Source of the DNA: Bacteroidales bacterium
GTDB lineage: Bacteria; Bacteroidota; Bacteroidia; Bacteroidales; VadinHA17
Direction: 5' to 3'
Length of the DNA stretch: 57,866 nucleotides
Assembly: GCA_012519515.1 (NCBI GenBank)
Contig: JAAYQC010000085.1
Location: forward strand, 1 to 57,866
Part shown: positions 38,343-46,899 of the stretch, in pieces
How positions within the stretch are numbered: position 1 is the stretch's first letter
Layout of the letters: each line of letters starts with the position of its first letter
Position numbers and translations under genes: made by a program
Notes under the pieces: model-generated
Told to the model about the DNA's origin: nothing
The model's database searches: none
Seen by the model: only the letters and a program-made list of their open reading frames with translations

Positions 38343-39029
38343 ATGAAGCTGTTTGTAATAGAAGGTGTCGACGGATCAGGAAAATCAACCCAACTGAAAC
38401 TTCTTAACGACTATTTTGCCGCGAAGGGTTATAGTTGTGAACTACTGCATTTTCCCAGAACCGACTCACCTTATTTCGGAGAGCTGATTGCTCGCTTCCT
38501 GCGCGGGGAATTCGGTTCTATCGGCGATGTTGATCCTTACCTGGTTGCCATGCTGTTTGCAGGCGACCGCATGGATGCTTCCGGAATGATAAGAAACTGG
38601 CTCAATGAGGGCAGGATAGTCCTGCTCGACAGGTATACCTACTCGAACATAGCGTACCAGTGCGCGAAACTGGATGACCCTGATTCGCGGGAAAAGCTTA
38701 TGAACTGGATACTTACGCTGGAATTCAGTCACTTCGGGATACCAACACCTGACCTGAACATATTCCTCGATGTGCCGTTTTCATTCACCGAGAGAAAACT
38801 GAGTTCAGGCAGAAGAGGTAATGACAGGGATTATCTTAAAGGCTCACCCGACATACATGAGGAGAGCCTGATATTCCAGAAAAAGGTAAGGGACATATAT
38901 CTGAGAGTCTCGCGTAGCGACAAAAGACTTGTCGTTATCAACTGCAGCGATAACAGTGACAAGATTAAAACACCTGAGGAAATTTCCTCGCTAATCATAC
39001 AAACTATAACTGAAAGGAAACTGATCTGA
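38343..39029 (+). CDS. tmk: dTMP (thymidylate) kinase
   Basis: P-loop IEGVDGSGKSTQ and DRY motif (LLDRYTYSNIAYQ). Confidence 0.85.
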   Translation: MKLFVIEGVDGSGKSTQLKLLNDYFAAKGYSCELLHFPRTDSPYFGELIARFLRGEFGSIGDVDPYLVAMLFAGDRMDASGMIRNWLNEGRIVLLDRYTYSNIAYQCAKLDDPDSREKLMNWILTLEFSHFGIPTPDLNIFLDVPFSFTERKLSSGRRGNDRDYLKGSPDIHEESLIFQKKVRDIYLRVSRSDKRLVVINCSDNSDKIKTPEEISSLIIQTITERKLI

Positions 39030-39030
39030 A

Positions 39031-40281
39031 ATGAATTTATTAAAGAATGTAAGCAGAATTATTATTGGTTTGGTATTCATGTTCTCCGGAGCTGTCAAAG
39101 CGATTGATCCGCTTGGTTCAGCATACAAATTCGGTGATTACTTTCAGGCTTTCCACCTCGACTTTCTTCAGCCGCTTGCCCTCGCGCTGGGTATTATCCT
39201 CTGTACCGCCGAGTTTGTCGCCGGATTTTCGGTGCTCAGCGGCTACCGGATAAAAACCGGAGTATGGGGTGTTATGCTTCTTATGATTATTTTCACTCCG
39301 CTTACCCTCGTCCTGGCTCTTACAAACCCGGTGTCGGACTGCGGCTGCTTCGGCGATGCCATTCATCTTACCAACTGGCAGACTTTCGGCAAAAACGTTA
39401 TTCTATTAATTCCGGCCCTGTTTCTTTTCATCAACAGGAATAAACTGCCCGGGGTCTGTGAACCCCGAAGGGAGTGGAATGCAATAATAAGCGTATCCGT
39501 GTTCTTCGTCATCTTTTCACTGCTAAACCTGAGATACCTTCAGCTTTTCGACTTCCTTCCCTACAAAACCGGGAACAATATCCCCGAGGGAATGATGATT
39601 CCTGAAGACGCGCCTGCCGATGAATACCTCAGCACTTTCATCTACGAAAAGGACGGGGTGCAGAAGGAGTTTACCCTCGAGAACTATCCCGCGGATGACA
39701 CCACCTGGGTGTTCGTTGACCAGATATCGGTACTGGTAAAAAAAGGATATATCCCTCCCATTCACGATTTTGCAATCACAACAACTCAGGGCGACGATAT
39801 AACCGACTGGATCCTTACTAATCCCGGTTATACCATGATCATGATATCGACAAAGCTGAATGAGGCGGCTCAGGAACACCTCGAAAAGGGTTTTGAACTC
39901 GGTGAATGGTGCAACGAAAAAGGAATGAGTTTTTACGTGGTTACCGCGTCGGGAAGCGATGTGGTGATGAACTATCAGAACAGCCTGATCTTCTGCACCG
40001 CCGATGAGATAACCCTTAAGACAATTATCCGCTCAAATCCCGGATATATGCTGCTCAGGGATGGTAATATCATGGGCAAATGGTCATGGGCCACACTACC
40101 TCCCAAAGAGAATTTTGTAAATGACATGACTGCCGCGGAGCTTCAGAAAATGACCCGCAAGCCACCCGTGCTTGTTGTTTATTCACTTGCACTGGCCGCG
40201 CTGGTGCTTTTTCTGCTTGTCAGTCAGTTTTTCGTTGTCGGGAAAAACCGGAAAAAAGAAGTGCAGCAGAAGGATCAGTAA
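39031..40281 (+). CDS. DoxX/MauE-like membrane protein with an extracytoplasmic C-terminal domain
   Basis: Four N-terminal TM helices with a CGCFG motif, a soluble domain of about 200 aa, and a C-terminal TM anchor. It lies adjacent to tpiA, as I recall for a Bacteroides family (BT_3928-like). Confidence 0.65.
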   Translation: MNLLKNVSRIIIGLVFMFSGAVKAIDPLGSAYKFGDYFQAFHLDFLQPLALALGIILCTAEFVAGFSVLSGYRIKTGVWGVMLLMIIFTPLTLVLALTNPVSDCGCFGDAIHLTNWQTFGKNVILLIPALFLFINRNKLPGVCEPRREWNAIISVSVFFVIFSLLNLRYLQLFDFLPYKTGNNIPEGMMIPEDAPADEYLSTFIYEKDGVQKEFTLENYPADDTTWVFVDQISVLVKKGYIPPIHDFAITTTQGDDITDWILTNPGYTMIMISTKLNEAAQEHLEKGFELGEWCNEKGMSFYVVTASGSDVVMNYQNSLIFCTADEITLKTIIRSNPGYMLLRDGNIMGKWSWATLPPKENFVNDMTAAELQKMTRKPPVLVVYSLALAALVLFLLVSQFFVVGKNRKKEVQQKDQ

Positions 40282-40330
40282 TGATTATACCAGGAATTAT
40301 TGTTGAACTATATTATAAACTAAAAAAACT

Positions 40331-41089
40331 ATGAGAAAGAAAATTGTTGCCGGCAACTGGAAGATGAACATGGAACTGGCTGAAGGATTAAAGCTTGCTG
40401 AATCAGTAGACACCTATTTCAGGTTGAAGCCATCCAGGGCTGAAGTTGTGCTCTGTACCCCCTTCATTCATCTTGCAGGTGTCGCGGAGCTGCTCAAAGA
40501 CGGTAAGCTGTGCCTTGGAGCCCAGAATTGTGCCTCCGAACCCTCAGGAGCCTATACAGGCGAAATATCCCCTGCCATGATTAAAAGCACAGGAGCAGGA
40601 TATGTGATTATAGGTCATTCGGAAAGAAGAAGTTACTACCACGAAGACAATGACATCCTTAACAGGAAGGCAAAACTCGCCCTTTCAAACGGACTGAAAG
40701 TCATTTTCTGCGTTGGTGAAGTACTCGGCGAAAGGGAATCGGGAAAACATTTCGAAGTCGTGAAAAACCAGGTTGAGAACGGACTCTTCAATCTCACGGC
40801 AGAAGAAATCACTAATGTGGTTGTTGCTTACGAACCGGTATGGGCAATTGGAACCGGACTCACGGCCACACCCGAACAGGCTCAGGAGATACACCAGTTC
40901 ATAAGGGGACTGTTCAGTGAGAAATACGGCAAAGAAATTGCAGAAAACCTTACAATTCTTTATGGCGGTAGCTGCAAGCCATCAAATGCGGCTGAGATAT
41001 TCTCAATGCCTGATGTCGACGGAGGACTGATTGGCGGAGCTGCCCTGAAAAAGGATGATTTCATAGCTATTGTTGAAGCCATCCGATAA
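40331..41089 (+). CDS. tpiA: Triosephosphate isomerase
   Basis: [26 protein letters not shown] and YGGS motifs. Confidence 0.95.
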   Translation: MRKKIVAGNWKMNMELAEGLKLAESVDTYFRLKPSRAEVVLCTPFIHLAGVAELLKDGKLCLGAQNCASEPSGAYTGEISPAMIKSTGAGYVIIGHSERRSYYHEDNDILNRKAKLALSNGLKVIFCVGEVLGERESGKHFEVVKNQVENGLFNLTAEEITNVVVAYEPVWAIGTGLTATPEQAQEIHQFIRGLFSEKYGKEIAENLTILYGGSCKPSNAAEIFSMPDVDGGLIGGAALKKDDFIAIVEAIR

Positions 41090-41153
41090 TATGAGACTGT
41101 CAATTGCCGTTTGATGAAAATAACGGTAATCTGCAGTTCAAATAATATAATTA

Positions 41154-44100
41154 ATGGTCAGGAAGTTCATCATACTGGGTTTGCTTTTGATCCTTCTTCC
41201 GGCCGGACGCCTTTTTTCACAGGCCAAACCGGCATTTAGCGGCGATCCGATAAAATTCAAGGATGAACTTCTGACTTTTATGGGTCCGGTTCTTCCTGAA
41301 GACAAAAGTGCAATACTGAATACTTTCATTGCAAGATGGGACAGTTCCGCCTTCAACAAGGAGAATATGACCATAATCATCGACCTCTCGACCCAGCTGA
41401 CGGCAAGACAGATAAGGGCCAATCCGCATTTCATCCAGTTTCTGCAGACACTCACCGATTTCTCCACTTACAACAAAACCGATGCCTTTTTGAATTACTG
41501 GCTGACCGGCCTTTCCGAAATGATCTTTAATCCGAAGATAAGGAATGAGAGCCTTGCAAGGTATATCGAGAACACCAGCCTGCTGATAAGAGACAACCTG
41601 CTGATTAACACGGGATCGGTAAAATGGAAAGCCAAAAATGCCGATTTAAAGTTCACTCATGATACTTCGTTTCATATTGTCCTGAACAATGTCACGCTTA
41701 CTTGCTACTCTCAGCGCGACAGCACGGAAATATACAAGGCATCAGGCATTTTCCATCCCGATCTGCAGGAATTCCACGGAACTCAGGGAACCATCACATG
41801 GGAAAAGGCAGGTTATCCCGCGAATGATGTATATGCTGAGATCAGCGATTATATTATCGACGTAACAAGGAATACATTCACATGCGATTCAGCCCGGCTC
41901 ACAAATAAATCGTGGTTCTCCGAACCGGTTTACGGTGTACTGACCGATAAGGCTGCAACTATAACAAGCAGCAACAGGGCAACCTTTCCTCAGTTTGAAA
42001 CTTACAGGAAACAATTCAAAATTAAAAATCTATACAAGGGTGTGGATTTCGAAGGAGGACTTCTATTTGAAGGCGCCCTTATTAAGGGAAGAGGTGAAAA
42101 AGCTTTTCCCGCGATGATAAACCTTTTCAGGAACGACACGCTCTTCATAAAGATAGCCTCAGCCGACTTCGTGTTCTCAAGCAGTGGTATAAACAGCCAG
42201 GAAACCCAGGCAACAATATACCTCGGACAGGATTCCATTTACCATACAAGCCTCGGGTTTTCTTTCAACGGACCGAACCGGAAACTAAACCTTTTCCGGA
42301 CCAACAATCCCGTCTCACACAGCCCCTACTACAACACATTTCACAATGTCGACATGTATTTTGAAAACCTGTCGTGGAATATGGACGAGAAAAATGCTGT
42401 TATTTCGAGACCGATGGGTGCTGCAATGGGACAGGCTTTGTTCGAGTCGTCTACCTTTTTCGACTCGAATGATTTCATGAAACTGATGAACCTCGACAAT
42501 GAACATCCGCTTACAAGACTCAGGAAATTCAGCGAGTGGTACTACTCCGAAACATTTCCCGTGAGTGAATTTGCCAAATGGCTCAATAAATCAGAGGAAT
42601 ATGTTACAGCCCTGTGCATCGACATGGCAAAGCGGGGATTTATTTTCTATGACCAGTCGAATCAGGAAGTTACCATCAAGCAGAAGACCAGGGATTACAT
42701 CGACTCCTATGCCGGGAAAAAGGACTACGATGTAATTTCAATTTTCAGTGAGACCAGGGCTCCGCTCGACAACGCTTTTCTTGATCTTAAAGACTTCAAT
42801 CTGACAGTTAACGGCGTTGAAAGTATTTTTATAAGCGACTCCCAGAAGGTAGCCATTTTCCCCGCTGACAAGCAGATAGTGCTTGGGAAAAACAAACAGT
42901 TCAGATTTGACGGAGCAGTTCTTGCCGGCCTTTTTACCTTCTTTGGCAAGGATTTCCAGTTCAACTACGATACCTTTGTTATAAATCTTCAGAGCATCGA
43001 CTCCATTAGGATCGCGGTGGAAACCGAAGAGCTTGATGAATACGGCAATGCCATTGCACTTTATGTCAATAGTGTGGTTGAACTGGGCTCGGCCCAGCTG
43101 TATATTGACGATCCGGATAACAAATCGGGACTGAAAAGCCTGTCCCAGTATCCTATAGTCAACTCAACATCCTCATCCTACATCTTTTACGACAAGATAG
43201 AAGGCCTGGAGGGCGTCTACAAGAGAGATGATTTCTATTTCATGATAGACCCCTTCACATTTGAAAACATCGATCACTATTCAAGCTCTGAACTGAGACT
43301 TACAGGTGTTTTTTTCGGGGGAAATATAATTGAGCCTTCAAAACAATACCTGACAGTCCAGGAAAACAACTCCCTCGGATTCCAGATGAGCATTCCGGAA
43401 GAAGGACTTAAGATCTACGACGGGAGGGCCGTACTATTCGATCAGATACATATGAGCAGCAAGGGCCTGATCGGCAACGGGGTACTAAAGCACCTCACCT
43501 CCACCTCCACTTCAGACGAGTACCGTTTCTTCCCCGACTCAATGCTTACAAAAGCGAACACCTTTAATATTGCAGATGACGGCTCCGGACTTTTCCCCGA
43601 ACTGACAGGCACGGATGTTGAAATAAAATGGTTTCCCGGGAAAGATGAATGGCATGGCTTCAATACAGGCGGCAAAAGATTCAATATGTTCGCCAACGGT
43701 ACCACGCTCGACGGAAGCATCAATCTGAAGAGCACCGGTCTCCAGGGTAGCGGTATAATCGACATGCCCGATTCAAGGATTACTTCAGGGCAGTTCGCGT
43801 TTGAAACGCGAACAATCAGGGCCGACACCGCAGACTACAACCTGAAATCCTCATCCACAAGCGGATATGCCTTTATCGCCGACAATGTCAATGCCGACAT
43901 AAACTTTGCCACGAAGCTCTCGAGATTCCATCTTAACACCGATTCTTCGGTAGTGAAGTTTCCGGAGGTACAGTATATCTGCACCATGACTGATTTTGAA
44001 TACAACCAGGATACGAAGATCCTCTCGATGGAACAGAAAGGGAAAAAAGTCTCCGGACTTATGCCGGCTGACCAGCTGCTAAGGACCAGTCTGAGCTCTC

Positions 44101-45659
44101 CTGAAAAACCAACATTTGTTTCAACAAACAACATCCGCGACACTATTTCCTTTACATCACTAAAGGCGAGCTACAATTTAAATGAGGAATATATTGAGGC
44201 CGAAGACATTAACTATATCCGTATAGCCGATGCCCTCATTCAACCCGACATGGGCAGAATCACCATCAGGAGAAGAGCGGCTATCGATAAGCTGACGAAT
44301 GCCCTTGTTGCAGTCAACAACCGTCATATCCTGCATTCGGCCAATATAGAAATTGAGTCCTCAAGGAGATATTCGGGAAGCGCTGTCTACGATTACACAG
44401 ACGACAGCAAGCGCGTTCAGCAGATCAGCTTTCCGGAGATTACCGTCGACACCATGGCAACAAGTGCAAAGGGATTCATCCCTGCCGATGCTGAATTCAT
44501 GCTTAGCCCTGCATTCTCGTTCTCCGGTGATGTTAACCTGTATTCAAACTCCCCGAATCTGCTGTTCACCGGTTCGGCAGGCATCGTCCACGACTGCGGA
44601 CGTATCAGGAGCCATCCCGTGAAATTCAAATCGTTCATCGATCCGATGAATGTAATGATCGCGATATCAGAAAAACCCAGGAATCCCAATGACGAAATAC
44701 TTGTTTCGGGTTCATTCATTAATATCGATTCCCTTCATATCTATCCCGCCTTCCTGAGCGAGAAGAAATCATGGTCGGATGCAGGAATGGTGAATGCAAC
44801 CGGATATCTGTGGTACAACAAGCAGGGAAACAGGTACCAGATATCATCGCTTGAAAAGATCGCCGATCCTTCAGCATCAGGGAACATGGTTTCACTCGAC
44901 AGAACTTCCTGCATCTTAAACGGTGAAGGAAAACTGAATTTCGGAACAAACTTCGATCATGTTCTGATGGCTACGGCAGGGAATTTCGTTAACAACACCG
45001 ATTCAGGGAAAATTGAGATCAGAACAATTCTGGGGCTCGATTTCTTCTTCTCCCCTGAAGCCCTGAAAATGGTGAGCGATGAGATCAGGATGATGCCTAC
45101 GCTCAAGCCGGTCAGCCTGAATTCGGATTTCTATATCAAGGGCTTAGACGATCTTATCGGGAAAAGTGCCGCCAACCAGATAAGACAGGAAACCGGCCTT
45201 TTCGGCTCCTCCGCTAACATGCCAAAGGAATTCACCTATGAAATTCTCCTTAATGATGTTACGCTTTACTGGAATGAGGCTTCCTCATCATTCCGCTCTA
45301 AGGGGAAGATCGGAATCGGCTATATCGGCGGACAGCCGGTCAACGTGTATGTTGACGGATATGTGGATATTCAGAGAAGAAGAAGCGGCGATATGATTGA
45401 CATTTATCTCAAGGCCGACCCTTCAACATGGTATTACTTCTCCTATTTCAGAGGTGTTATGATGGCCCAGGCCGGCAATATTGAATTCAACAAGCTTATA
45501 AGCTCCATACGGCTGAGAGACAGGAAGCATCCCGATAATTCTGAAAGAAAGCCTTATACCTATATGATAGCTGTCGAGGACAGACTCGGCCGCTTCCTCA
45601 GAAGAATGACCGAAGAAGAGGAAGCTGTAATCAATCAACTCGACGGCCTGGTCAGATAA
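41154..45659 (+). CDS. Very large secreted hypothetical protein (1501 aa)
   Basis: Signal peptide MVRKFIILGLLLILLPAGRLFSQ. The frame is uninterrupted for 4.5 kb with ordinary composition. No catalytic motif was recognised. Confidence 0.7.
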   Translation: MVRKFIILGLLLILLPAGRLFSQAKPAFSGDPIKFKDELLTFMGPVLPEDKSAILNTFIARWDSSAFNKENMTIIIDLSTQLTARQIRANPHFIQFLQTLTDFSTYNKTDAFLNYWLTGLSEMIFNPKIRNESLARYIENTSLLIRDNLLINTGSVKWKAKNADLKFTHDTSFHIVLNNVTLTCYSQRDSTEIYKASGIFHPDLQEFHGTQGTITWEKAGYPANDVYAEISDYIIDVTRNTFTCDSARLTNKSWFSEPVYGVLTDKAATITSSNRATFPQFETYRKQFKIKNLYKGVDFEGGLLFEGALIKGRGEKAFPAMINLFRNDTLFIKIASADFVFSSSGINSQETQATIYLGQDSIYHTSLGFSFNGPNRKLNLFRTNNPVSHSPYYNTFHNVDMYFENLSWNMDEKNAVISRPMGAAMGQALFESSTFFDSNDFMKLMNLDNEHPLTRLRKFSEWYYSETFPVSEFAKWLNKSEEYVTALCIDMAKRGFIFYDQSNQEVTIKQKTRDYIDSYAGKKDYDVISIFSETRAPLDNAFLDLKDFNLTVNGVESIFISDSQKVAIFPADKQIVLGKNKQFRFDGAVLAGLFTFFGKDFQFNYDTFVINLQSIDSIRIAVETEELDEYGNAIALYVNSVVELGSAQLYIDDPDNKSGLKSLSQYPIVNSTSSSYIFYDKIEGLEGVYKRDDFYFMIDPFTFENIDHYSSSELRLTGVFFGGNIIEPSKQYLTVQENNSLGFQMSIPEEGLKIYDGRAVLFDQIHMSSKGLIGNGVLKHLTSTSTSDEYRFFPDSMLTKANTFNIADDGSGLFPELTGTDVEIKWFPGKDEWHGFNTGGKRFNMFANGTTLDGSINLKSTGLQGSGIIDMPDSRITSGQFAFETRTIRADTADYNLKSSSTSGYAFIADNVNADINFATKLSRFHLNTDSSVVKFPEVQYICTMTDFEYNQDTKILSMEQKGKKVSGLMPADQLLRTSLSSPEKPTFVSTNNIRDTISFTSLKASYNLNEEYIEAEDINYIRIADALIQPDMGRITIRRRAAIDKLTNALVAVNNRHILHSANIEIESSRRYSGSAVYDYTDDSKRVQQISFPEITVDTMATSAKGFIPADAEFMLSPAFSFSGDVNLYSNSPNLLFTGSAGIVHDCGRIRSHPVKFKSFIDPMNVMIAISEKPRNPNDEILVSGSFINIDSLHIYPAFLSEKKSWSDAGMVNATGYLWYNKQGNRYQISSLEKIADPSASGNMVSLDRTSCILNGEGKLNFGTNFDHVLMATAGNFVNNTDSGKIEIRTILGLDFFFSPEALKMVSDEIRMMPTLKPVSLNSDFYIKGLDDLIGKSAANQIRQETGLFGSSANMPKEFTYEILLNDVTLYWNEASSSFRSKGKIGIGYIGGQPVNVYVDGYVDIQRRRSGDMIDIYLKADPSTWYYFSYFRGVMMAQAGNIEFNKLISSIRLRDRKHPDNSERKPYTYMIAVEDRLGRFLRRMTEEEEAVINQLDGLVR

Positions 45660-45686
45660 GAGCAATATTTAAAACCCGAATGCGCT

Positions 45687-46391
45687 ATGCAGATATTTTA
45701 TGTGCCCGGTATCACCGGTGATTCATGCGTGATGGATGAAAGTGAATCGCGACACTGCATCAGGGTGCTGCGTATGACCAAAGGCGACCGCGTGAAGCTG
45801 GTTGACGGCATGGGCGGATACCACGAGGGAATCATTACCGGCAGCGACCCATCAGCCTGCAGGATAAGGATAACTGACAGCTATCAGGGATTTGAAAAAA
45901 GGGAATACAGGCTTCACATGGCCGTGTCGCCCATAAAAAACCAGGAACGATTCGAGTGGTTCATCGAAAAAAGCGTAGAACTGGGAATTGACGAGATAAC
46001 ACCACTGATCTGCAGGAATACGGAAAAGAAGGGCATAAAGACCGACAGGATAAACAACATCATCATTTCGGCAATGAAGCAATCGCTCAAGGCTTACAAA
46101 CCACTGCTAAACGAAGCGCTGCCGTTCGGAAAATTCATTGCTGCCGGGCATTCCGGGATAAAAATGATAGCCCACTGCAATCGCGGTTTTGAATCAAGAA
46201 AAATGGATCTTATCTACCGGAAAGGTATGGATGCGCTAATCCTGATAGGCCCCGAAGGCGATTTCAGCATGGAAGAGATTGACCTGGCACTGAGCAGCGG
46301 ATTCAAAGGGATCAGTCTGGGTAACAGCAGACTGAGAACCGAGACGGCAGGAATCGCCGCCTGCCATTCAGTCTACTTCATCAATCAGTAA
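45687..46391 (+). CDS. rsmE: 16S rRNA (uracil1498-N3)-methyltransferase
   Basis: PUA-like N-terminus (H..RVLR). The SPOUT C-terminus has SAMKQS, IGPEGDFS and LGNSRLRTETA. Confidence 0.85.
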   Translation: MQIFYVPGITGDSCVMDESESRHCIRVLRMTKGDRVKLVDGMGGYHEGIITGSDPSACRIRITDSYQGFEKREYRLHMAVSPIKNQERFEWFIEKSVELGIDEITPLICRNTEKKGIKTDRINNIIISAMKQSLKAYKPLLNEALPFGKFIAAGHSGIKMIAHCNRGFESRKMDLIYRKGMDALILIGPEGDFSMEEIDLALSSGFKGISLGNSRLRTETAGIAACHSVYFINQ

Positions 46392-46393
46392 GC

Positions 46394-46579
46394 TTAGCCT
46401 CTCCCCTGTTTGCTCACATCATCCCGTTTTCCCTTGTACCTTCCGGCATTGCGAAGAGCCTGCTCAAGAAGGTAAACTATCTGGCCGTTGGTGCTGCGCA
46501 ACTCATCAGCAGCCCATTTTTCTATCGCTTTGAAGATACGGGGCTCAATCCGGAGCAATATAGATTTCTTCTGACTCAT
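46394..46579 (-). CDS. Arc/MetJ-type ribbon-helix-helix DNA-binding protein (61 aa from ATG 46579)
   Basis: MSQKKSILLRIEPRIFKAIEKWAADELRSTNGQIVYLLEQALRNAG fits a strand-helix-helix pattern. The longer track ORF (to 46636) would run over the candidate promoter. Confidence 0.7.
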   Translation of the reverse strand: MSQKKSILLRIEPRIFKAIEKWAADELRSTNGQIVYLLEQALRNAGRYKGKRDDVSKQGRG

Positions 46580-46633
46580 ATCAGGCGTGTAAGGTTCATG
46601 TATTAACCACTGGTACGATTTGGTTAGATAATA

Positions 46634-46641
46634 CAAATGTA
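46634..46641 (-). promoter_or_regulatory. Candidate -7 box (TACATTTG on the minus strand) for the RHH gene
   Basis: The reverse complement of CAAATGTA matches TAnnTTTG, about 55 nt upstream of ATG 46579. Confidence 0.35.
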
Positions 46642-46649
46642 TGAAATAT

Positions 46650-46789
46650 ATATCAAAACAATATCATCATGATATATTATTATATCTATTTGATATTGTC
46701 ATAATATCGTTTTGATATTAATATGATATTATTATGATATCGCATTGATATCTCCATGATATTGTTTTGAAATATACATGGGATTATCC
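46650..46789. repeat. Iteron-like array: two inverted ATATCA units plus about 11 tandem 11-bp units with a TGATAT core
   Basis: TGATAT occurs at 46670, 46691, 46713, 46724, 46735, 46746 and 46757. Degenerate units are at 46680 (TTATAT), 46702 (TAATAT), 46768 (TGAAAT) and 46779 (TGGGAT). Spacing is exactly 11 bp from 46713 to 46779. Inverted ATATCA units are at 46650 and 46661. Confidence 0.85.
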
Positions 46790-46822
46790 GGAAGCTTCTA
46801 GGCAGCTCCCATGCCGGGGCAC

Positions 46823-46855
46823 AAAAAAAAGATCCCGGACAAAAAGCCCGGGATC
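46823..46855 (-). terminator. Rho-independent terminator of the SprB-repeat lipoprotein gene
   Basis: On the minus strand, GATCCCGG-loop-CCGGGATC (a perfect 8-bp stem) is followed by T8 (the A8 at 46823-46830 on the + strand). Confidence 0.85.
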
Positions 46856-46899
46856 TGACAGGCATAACGCCTGGAACACACATTAAACCAAAACAGCTA

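Noticed and set aside
46686-46883. 65-aa minus-strand ORF
   Set aside because: It reads through the 11-bp TGATAT array and the terminator hairpin, giving a repetitive translation.
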